From Bdellovibrionales bacterium (GTDB lineage: Bacteria > Bdellovibrionota > Bdellovibrionia > Bdellovibrionales > UBA840): a stretch of DNA of 17,036 nucleotides. Shown piece after piece: positions 7,585 through 14,569 of this stretch. The stretch lies in assembly GCA_037969075.1 (NCBI GenBank), contig JBBKWS010000157.1, positions 1 to 17,036 of the forward strand, given 5' to 3'. Position numbers and translations under genes: made by a program. Positions within the stretch are counted from its first letter, which is position 1. Each line of letters starts with the position of its first letter. The notes beneath the pieces were generated by a model. The model was not told where the DNA came from and searched no databases. It saw only the letters and a list, made by a program, of their open reading frames with translations.

Positions 7585-8523
7585 CTAGCCTTTTCGCTTA
7601 TGAGACACATCATTTGCCCAAGAACTAGCTTTTGGTAAACACATATATAAAAATGGCAATAAATAACGTCTAGGCATTATTCTTCGTATATAATAAAATA
7701 AGACCGCATCCCAAGTTGCCGGCACCCACAGAGGCGGAGCTTCCCATTTAATTACCTTAAGAATTTTTTGGGCCACAGTTTTTGGAGTGGTTGGCGAAAT
7801 AGCCATCAACTTCTCTACAAATGGAGTCATGTTTAAATAAAAATCCTTATAATCACCTTCAAGCGCTACTTTAGGGTCTGATTTATCAGTATAATAAACA
7901 TTTTTAAATGAGTTCGATCTGATAAAACCTGGTTGAATCAAACTAACATCAATACCGTAAGGCCTTGCCTCATACCATAAAGACTCAAGCGCACCTTCTA
8001 ACGCATGCTTAGAGGCCGAGTAAGAAGACATGGTGGGCATAGATAGCATTCCACTAACAGAAGAGACGGCTATGATTTTCCCACGTCCTACTTTTCGCAT
8101 ACCTGGCAGTACTAAACGGATTAACTCCATGGGGCCTAAGTAATTTGTATCCATCTGTTGGATTTCTTCTTTAGAATTCATGTGCTCGACCACGGCTCGG
8201 TATGAAATCCCTGCGTTACTAACAAGTACATTTACTCCGCCCCAGCGGCCTTCAATTATGCGAATGGTCTCTCTACGACTTGTATCAGAAGTAATATCTA
8301 GAGGTAAAATCCATAACCTATCATCTTCAACAAAACCCTCTCGAACCCTATACAAAGATTTTTCTCTAGCGGTTAATACTATACGGTACTGTGTTTGCTT
8401 CAATAAAAGTTTAGCAATAGCCCAACCAATTCCTGAGGCACAACCTGTAACTAAAATCACTGGCTTAAAGTTAGTTCTTTCTTTTCGTTGAAACACATAA
8501 AATAAATCTAAAAAAACTCTCAT
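7585..8523 (-). CDS. Short-chain dehydrogenase/reductase (classical SDR)
   Basis: TGCASGIG, SNAG, SSVSG and YSASK motifs. Start is probably ATG 8523. Confidence 0.95.
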   Translation of the reverse strand: MRVFLDLFYVFQRKERTNFKPVILVTGCASGIGWAIAKLLLKQTQYRIVLTAREKSLYRVREGFVEDDRLWILPLDITSDTSRRETIRIIEGRWGGVNVLVSNAGISYRAVVEHMNSKEEIQQMDTNYLGPMELIRLVLPGMRKVGRGKIIAVSSVSGMLSMPTMSSYSASKHALEGALESLWYEARPYGIDVSLIQPGFIRSNSFKNVYYTDKSDPKVALEGDYKDFYLNMTPFVEKLMAISPTTPKTVAQKILKVIKWEAPPLWVPATWDAVLFYYIRRIMPRRYLLPFLYMCLPKASSWANDVSHKRKG

Positions 8524-8606
8524 GCGTATAGCATAAAAGAACAATGCCTTGACTGACTAGTAAGAAATTTGAATGATCGCATTGTATCATAAAACAGGAG
8601 TTTCAG

Positions 8607-9014
8607 ATGGTAAAGATGCAAGCAATTTATACTGGCGAAAAGCATTGTGATGTTACACATGGACCAAGCGGTAGCCAAATTGCTACTGATGCACCGAAAG
8701 ACAACCAAGGTAAAGGTGAAGCTTTTTCTCCCACGGATTTAGTAGGAGCGGCTCTTACGACCTGTATTTTAACTACTCTTGGAATTTTGGCAGACCGCGA
8801 TAATTTTTCGATAACTGGTGCCACTGGAAGTGTAACTAAAGAAATGACTTCAAACCCTAGGAAAATTGCAAGCTTACCCGTAGAGTTACATTTACCTAAA
8901 ACTTTGACCGACGTGCAGAGAAAAAAATGCGAAGCGGCTGCCCACACTTGTCCCGTACACAGAAGTCTTCACCCGGATGTAAAAGCAGACATACAATTTG
9001 TTTATGATTTATAA
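8607..9014 (+). CDS. OsmC/Ohr family protein
   Basis: TDAP...GKGEAFSPTDL, two conserved Cys (TTCIL, TCPVH); AGGAG Shine-Dalgarno. Confidence 0.93.
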   Translation: MVKMQAIYTGEKHCDVTHGPSGSQIATDAPKDNQGKGEAFSPTDLVGAALTTCILTTLGILADRDNFSITGATGSVTKEMTSNPRKIASLPVELHLPKTLTDVQRKKCEAAAHTCPVHRSLHPDVKADIQFVYDL

Positions 9015-9503
9015 TTATTTCTTTTTATCAAAAATCTCTAGGTATTTTCCGTAACCCTTAACAGCTAATTCATTTTTAGGAATAAAATTTAATGATGCCG
9101 AGTTTATACAGTACCTAAGACCACCTTTATCCTTTGGCGCGTCATTAAACACATGCCCTAAGTGCGAATCGCCAACCTTGGATTTAACTTCTACTCTTTG
9201 CATTCCGGCGGACGTATCAGACTTTTCTACGATATACTTTATATCTATCGGCTTATAAAAACTAGGCCAGCCAGAACCAGAGTCAAACTTATCTATCGAG
9301 CTAAACAGCGGCTCTCCGGTAGCAACATCCACATAAATTCCCTCTTCCTTATGATCCCAGTATTTATTTTGAAACGGCGGCTCCGTGTTACATCTTACTG
9401 CAACACTGTACTGCTCTGTACTTAGCTTTTTCTTTAATTCAGCTTCTGTTGGTTTTTTATAAACTGTATCGGCCATAGCAAACATCCATAGTAAGTGTAT
9501 CAT
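9015..9503 (-). CDS. msrB: Peptide-methionine (R)-S-oxide reductase MsrB
   Basis: [22 protein letters not shown] and RYCINSASL motifs; zinc-free type (no CxxC pairs). Confidence 0.97.
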   Translation of the reverse strand: MIHLLWMFAMADTVYKKPTEAELKKKLSTEQYSVAVRCNTEPPFQNKYWDHKEEGIYVDVATGEPLFSSIDKFDSGSGWPSFYKPIDIKYIVEKSDTSAGMQRVEVKSKVGDSHLGHVFNDAPKDKGGLRYCINSASLNFIPKNELAVKGYGKYLEIFDKKK

Positions 9504-9572
9504 TTATACAAGCTAGCACTAAAAATAAATGATCTAAAGTAAAATTATATGCAGTTATGCAAAGCACCTACT

Positions 9573-11363
9573 CTAAGTTTCTAATGAGTCTTTTTCTTCA
9601 CTCAAAGCTAACCACTCTAGCTCGATCGCTTCAATTCGCTTATAGTTGTCAGCCATTGCTTGGGTCATCTCTACGGCATTTTCAGTGTCGGTAGCAATAC
9701 GAGTGTTGTAATCAAGATTTTCTTTTTCAATTTGCTTTAGAGATCGTTCGCAAGACTCCATTTTTTTGACAACCATTCGTAGCTGCTTGTCTCTCTCTTT
9801 TTTACTGGATCCAGGTTTTACTGGCTGCGGCGTAGATGTAGATTCTTTAGAATTCTCCTCTGTCACATCACCTTCCGATAAACGCCTCTGCAAACTCCAA
9901 ACATACTCATCATAGGTTCCGGGATATGCTAAAACTTCACCTTTAGAGACCTCAATGATTTTAGTAGCAACCCTACTTATAAACCCTCTGTCGTGACTTA
10001 CGACTACAAAAGTGCCCGCGAAATTTTTAAGGGCTTGGGTCAAAGCCTCAACGGTTTGAAAGTCTAAATGATTTGTAGGCTCATCCAAAAGTAAACAAGA
10101 AACTTTTTGTAATAAAATCCTGCCCAATGCAACTCTGGATTTTTCTCCACCTGATAAAACTTTTATTTTTTTATGAACGCTATCTCCTGAAAATAATAGC
10201 GCACCTGCCATATTTAAAATATCTTGCCTACTCACATCGGGGTGAGCTACAGATTGCAAAGAATCAAAGACCGAATCTTTAGGATCTAAAACCTCAATTA
10301 CGTGCTGGTTAAAAATAGCAAGCTTTGCTTCATAACCAACCTCTCTTGATCCCGACAAAGGCTCTAGTGTGCCCGCTATTGCCTTTAATAAAGTAGACTT
10401 CCCTGCCCCGTTTAATCCCACAACAGCAACATGATCTCCGCGCTCTATACAAACGTTTACTTCTGCAATTACCTTTTTTTCTTTATAACCAAATTCAGCC
10501 GCTTCGATTTTGATAATATTTCTTCCTGCGTGCGGAGGTTCAGGTATTTTTATCATCGCAGAAATTGGCAAAGATTTTAATTCAATGACTTCCATCTTCT
10601 GAAGACTTTTTAATCTACTTTGTGCCTGCTTTGCTTTTGTAGCCTTAGCTCCAAATTTAGCAACAAAGTCTAATATGGTTTTACGTTTATCTGCCTGACT
10701 CTTTGCCGTAGCTTCAAGTTGCGATCTTAACAGTTCTTTTTGCTCGAAGTAATCGTCAATATTACCGTTGTACTTAGTGATATCTCCTGCTTCAACTTCT
10801 AAAATATGATCTGTTGTCCTACGCAAAAACTCGCGGTCATGAGAAATCAATAAAAAAGCACCTTCATAGTTTTGTAAAAAGCTTTCAAGCACTAATGTTG
10901 TTTCTAGATCTAAATAGTTAGTCGGTTCATCTAAAAGTAGTAAATTGGGAGCTTGCCCTAGCAAACCTAAAAGTTTTAAACGCATCCGGTAGCCGCCACT
11001 TAGGCTAAGTATTCTTTTTGTGTAAATATCATCAGGTAGCATTAGCTCGCGCCCTCTAGCCTTAACTTGCCACAAAGGAAGTGTTGATACTCTTTCTAAA
11101 AAACTATCTCCTGTTTCTTCGTCTTCCCACTCATCGTGCTGGGACAAATATCCCAAAGACAACGCCCTTGAGCGAGTCAATTGACCCTGATCCAAACTAT
11201 CTTCTTCGATTAATATTTTAAACAGAGTGGTCTTTCCTGCACCATTAGGCCCAATAACGCCTACATGCTCATCATCATTGATAGAGAAGGTCGCATCAGA
11301 AAACAACGTCTGAATACCAAATGATTTATGTCCACCACTAAGTTGAATTAAATTTTGTCCCAT
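9573..11363 (-). CDS. ABC-F family ribosome-associated ATPase
   Basis: Two ABC domains (GPNGAGKT/LSGG/DEPTNYLD; GLNGAGKS/LSGGE/DEPTNHLD), helical linker KAKQAQSR, C-terminal coiled coil, no TM. Start is probably ATG 11363. Confidence 0.95.
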   Translation of the reverse strand: MGQNLIQLSGGHKSFGIQTLFSDATFSINDDEHVGVIGPNGAGKTTLFKILIEEDSLDQGQLTRSRALSLGYLSQHDEWEDEETGDSFLERVSTLPLWQVKARGRELMLPDDIYTKRILSLSGGYRMRLKLLGLLGQAPNLLLLDEPTNYLDLETTLVLESFLQNYEGAFLLISHDREFLRRTTDHILEVEAGDITKYNGNIDDYFEQKELLRSQLEATAKSQADKRKTILDFVAKFGAKATKAKQAQSRLKSLQKMEVIELKSLPISAMIKIPEPPHAGRNIIKIEAAEFGYKEKKVIAEVNVCIERGDHVAVVGLNGAGKSTLLKAIAGTLEPLSGSREVGYEAKLAIFNQHVIEVLDPKDSVFDSLQSVAHPDVSRQDILNMAGALLFSGDSVHKKIKVLSGGEKSRVALGRILLQKVSCLLLDEPTNHLDFQTVEALTQALKNFAGTFVVVSHDRGFISRVATKIIEVSKGEVLAYPGTYDEYVWSLQRRLSEGDVTEENSKESTSTPQPVKPGSSKKERDKQLRMVVKKMESCERSLKQIEKENLDYNTRIATDTENAVEMTQAMADNYKRIEAIELEWLALSEEKDSLET

Positions 11364-11521
11364 TAGGTTAGATTTATCTGCTTCTGCTGCAAAACTCAAG
11401 GCTCTTTACGGATATATACTTTACTTACCTTATATTTTGAGGTTTTCGTGACTACAGACTGTATAACTATACATCAAGTGTTCATAGATTTTTACCGAAG
11501 TATACTTATACTCATTATAAC

Positions 11522-11538
11522 TAGGCATCTCCTTTGCT
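11522..11538 (+). promoter_or_regulatory. Putative sigma54 (-24/-12) promoter
   Basis: TAGGCATCTCCTTTGCT with GG (11524-25)-N10-GC (11536-37), close to TGGCAC-N5-TTGCW; 27 nt before the ATG at 11565. Confidence 0.6.
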
Positions 11539-11564
11539 TATTATTTAATTGGGTGGGAAATTAG

Positions 11565-12914
11565 ATGCGAATCATACTTTGTCTCATAATGATAATTATC
11601 ATGTTTCAGAATTGCTCTGAGATCGATTTAGTACCTTTGAAGATTGACAGCGTAGATATTGGCAGTACCGATGGGACTGTTATTACTCCCCCATCACCTT
11701 CAGTTTCAAAAACCAGGAAAATCATTGCTTGTAAAAGCGAATCCGTAAGTGGGCAAGCTAAATATTTTGCTGATGTAATTGACCTTGCATCCGGGACTAT
11801 AGAAACTACTGCTGAAGTAGGTAACTGCAGATCATTACTAGTCGCTGATTTAAATGGTGATGGAAACCAAGAATGGGTGAATACTAACTGGAACTCGACA
11901 GTAAACCCATGCGTTCTTCAAGTTTATGATGCAAAAACTAATGCACTTAACTATGAACGAGTAGCCCCTGGAACTGTTGTCTTCTCAACCTCTATAACAA
12001 TGTGTACAGGTGATTTAAAGTTATACTCAAGCCCAAACACCGGTGATCGTCTTTTATATTCCTATGAAGTTGGAGCGGTTAGCCAACAAGGATATCAAAT
12101 TCTTGCGGGCCCACAGCTAATTACAGAGTTTGATGAGCGCTATCAATACCATTCGAGCATGTACACGTTTTCTTTAACTAAAGATATTAACGGTGATGGA
12201 AAACCCGAGGCATGGTCTTATATACCCGGCTCCTTTGACAATATTAATGGATACAGAGACAACGCATTTGCATTTTTAGACGGAAGTATCCCTTATAATA
12301 ATGTCATTCAAAGCTTCCCTCTTCCTGATAACAATTTACCTATCTCTGGTCATGCGCTACATCATCCAAACTTACCTTCAAAGCACATTTTAAGTATTGA
12401 TGTCCAAGAAATGATTCCATATATTGGCGGTGGCCTTATCAACAGCCCTAAGAACGTTATTATAAAACTATATTCTAATACTATGCAGGTAGAGCAGACT
12501 CTTACCGTGAGTAACGTCCTTAGCGGCGACTTAAAGTTTCAATATCTTTATCAAGGAAAAGCTGATTTTAATGGAGACTCACGTGACGACGCTGTCTTCT
12601 CTCAAGCTACTGGTCAGTACTCACAGTATACCGAAATTAGAAGTGGCGAAGATCTAAGTGTAATTGTAAAGGTAGACAAACAATGGTTGGCGCCAAAAAT
12701 TAATAACCAAAATATTAGCGAGCAAATTGTTTATATGGGATCGATAGATTTCAATGATGACGATAAGCATGAAATCGTTCTAAAATACCATTCATTCACA
12801 ACAAACAAAGCAAATTTAATCATTGTTGGAGTAGACGGCACTATTTACTTTGAAAAAGAACTTTCTTCTTGGCCGTATTCTAATGTGTATGGGTTGAAAT
12901 ATCTAATAGACTGA
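11565..12914 (+). CDS. Putative lipoprotein with FG-GAP/VCBS-like Ca-binding repeats (beta-propeller)
   Basis: Signal peptide ending MFQN-C17; DLNGDGNQE, DINGDGKPE, DFNGDSRDD and DFNDDDKHE motifs starting at 11847, 12183, 12564 and 12747. Confidence 0.8.
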   Translation: MRIILCLIMIIIMFQNCSEIDLVPLKIDSVDIGSTDGTVITPPSPSVSKTRKIIACKSESVSGQAKYFADVIDLASGTIETTAEVGNCRSLLVADLNGDGNQEWVNTNWNSTVNPCVLQVYDAKTNALNYERVAPGTVVFSTSITMCTGDLKLYSSPNTGDRLLYSYEVGAVSQQGYQILAGPQLITEFDERYQYHSSMYTFSLTKDINGDGKPEAWSYIPGSFDNINGYRDNAFAFLDGSIPYNNVIQSFPLPDNNLPISGHALHHPNLPSKHILSIDVQEMIPYIGGGLINSPKNVIIKLYSNTMQVEQTLTVSNVLSGDLKFQYLYQGKADFNGDSRDDAVFSQATGQYSQYTEIRSGEDLSVIVKVDKQWLAPKINNQNISEQIVYMGSIDFNDDDKHEIVLKYHSFTTNKANLIIVGVDGTIYFEKELSSWPYSNVYGLKYLID

Positions 12915-13076
12915 TGCACAGCAATTTCAAGATAAAACTACTTTAATAGATAATTCACTATTCTTGTGTTTATAGTAGCAAATCACAAAGTTCCCTTGAC
13001 CATCTATGCGAAAGTTGCTTTTTTGTAGCAAGCTAGGAAGAAGTCATCTTCTTAGAAAGACCTGAGGTCATTATTA

Positions 13077-14462
13077 ATGAAAGTCCGCACCGAAAAAGCC
13101 CGAAAGTATTTGCACGAACACATCGGTATTATACGAAGCTTATTCAGTGGACACGATCATGTACAAGAAGCAAAAAAGCGATTGCTGGTGGCTCTGCCTT
13201 TTTGGCTTGCAGGCCTTATTACCGCGGTTATTGCCACTGCTTACGCAAGAGTGTTTCACTTGTTTGAAAATCAAGCCATTTTGATGTTTTCTTCTTTTGG
13301 TTACTGGGCACTGCTGTTAGTACCTATCTTGTTTGTTTCCTCTTGGTATGTAGTTGATAAATATGCTCCTTACGCAAGTGGTAGCGGAATCCCACAACTT
13401 ATGGCGGCAGCTGAATTATCACGCGGAGGTCCTAAGAATTTTTTTATTGAAAAATTATTTGGTATCAGAATCATTATCGTTAAAATAATAAGCTCCCTCC
13501 TTGGTGTACTTGGTGGCGGGGCCATCGGGCGAGAAGGTCCCACCTTACAAATTGCTGGCTCGGTTTTTCATTTAACTGGACGCTTTTTCTCTAAGGGACA
13601 CAGTCCTAAAAATAACCATATCATGATTTTAGCTGGTGGTGCCGCAGGACTTGCTTCTGCCTTTAATACCCCGCTAGGCGGAATTGCCTATGTAGTTGAA
13701 GAGCTCTCAAAATCACACTTAGCATCTTTTCGCACTGGCATCTTACATTCTGTGATTGTCGCTGGTTTAATTTCGCAATTAATTATGGGACCCTATTTAT
13801 ATTTTGGCTATCCAAAGGTTGAAAGTTTTCATATTAACCAAATCGGTTTAATGATCTTAATCTCTGTGTTTATTGGTTTATTAGTTGGTTTTTTTGGACA
13901 AGCCTTAAAGTTAGTTGTCATTTATCGTAGCCGCATTAACTCAAAAATAAAAATAGCTATGCTGACTGCGCTTGCAGGCTTTATGTTTGCGGCCTTTGTA
14001 CTTTTTGCTTCTGATACGGCCATAGGGTCTGGCCGGCATCTATTAGATGACCTTTTGTTTGAAGGAAAAATTGCAAGCTTTTTAGATGTTTTTGCTAGAT
14101 TTTTTGGAACGATCTCAACATATTTCGTTGGTGGGGCTGGCGGCATTTTTGCTCCCACATTATCTCTAGGTGGCGCTGGAGCCTCTTTCCTTGGAGATGC
14201 TATCGGCTACAACCTAGGCCCGGTTGGCGTGCTAGTAGGAATGACTGCCGCCCTATCTGCGCTTACCCAATCGCCATTTACTGCCTTTGTACTAATATTA
14301 GAAATGACCGATCGTCACAGCGCTATCTTTCCCTTAATGATTGCAGCACTGATTGGACACGGAGTTGCTAAGTTTGTTTCTAAAAACTCATTTTACGAAT
14401 TCATTTGCGCCAGAATCTTAATGGCAGAAAGTGCATCAAAGACAACTCAAGACACTGTCTAA
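13077..14462 (+). CDS. CLC family chloride channel / Cl-/H+ antiporter
   Basis: GSGIP, GREGP, FNTPLGG..VEE, GIFAP and C-terminal Tyr (SFYE); no CBS domains. Confidence 0.95.
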   Translation: MKVRTEKARKYLHEHIGIIRSLFSGHDHVQEAKKRLLVALPFWLAGLITAVIATAYARVFHLFENQAILMFSSFGYWALLLVPILFVSSWYVVDKYAPYASGSGIPQLMAAAELSRGGPKNFFIEKLFGIRIIIVKIISSLLGVLGGGAIGREGPTLQIAGSVFHLTGRFFSKGHSPKNNHIMILAGGAAGLASAFNTPLGGIAYVVEELSKSHLASFRTGILHSVIVAGLISQLIMGPYLYFGYPKVESFHINQIGLMILISVFIGLLVGFFGQALKLVVIYRSRINSKIKIAMLTALAGFMFAAFVLFASDTAIGSGRHLLDDLLFEGKIASFLDVFARFFGTISTYFVGGAGGIFAPTLSLGGAGASFLGDAIGYNLGPVGVLVGMTAALSALTQSPFTAFVLILEMTDRHSAIFPLMIAALIGHGVAKFVSKNSFYEFICARILMAESASKTTQDTV

Positions 14463-14536
14463 CTTATTTTCAACATCTTTAAAACAGTAGAATAAGTACA
14501 ATGTAAGATTATATCTTAGGTACTACCTGAATGACC

Positions 14537-14545
14537 TGCTAAAAT
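14537..14545 (+). promoter_or_regulatory. Putative extended -10 promoter of the metalloprotease gene
   Basis: TGC-TAAAAT 24 nt upstream of ATG 14570; AAGGA Shine-Dalgarno follows. Confidence 0.45.
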
Positions 14546-14569
14546 GTGGGTCCTTAAGGAAAATATACT

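Noticed and set aside
8180..9425. Short ORFs 8180-8491, 8520-8708, 8627-8947, 9162-9425
   Set aside because: Overlap the well-supported SDR, osmC and msrB genes on the opposite strand.
12915..14462. Fluoride riboswitch plus CLC-F exporter
   Set aside because: No crcB-motif consensus in the leader, and the protein has the chloride-type GSGIP/GREGP signature.
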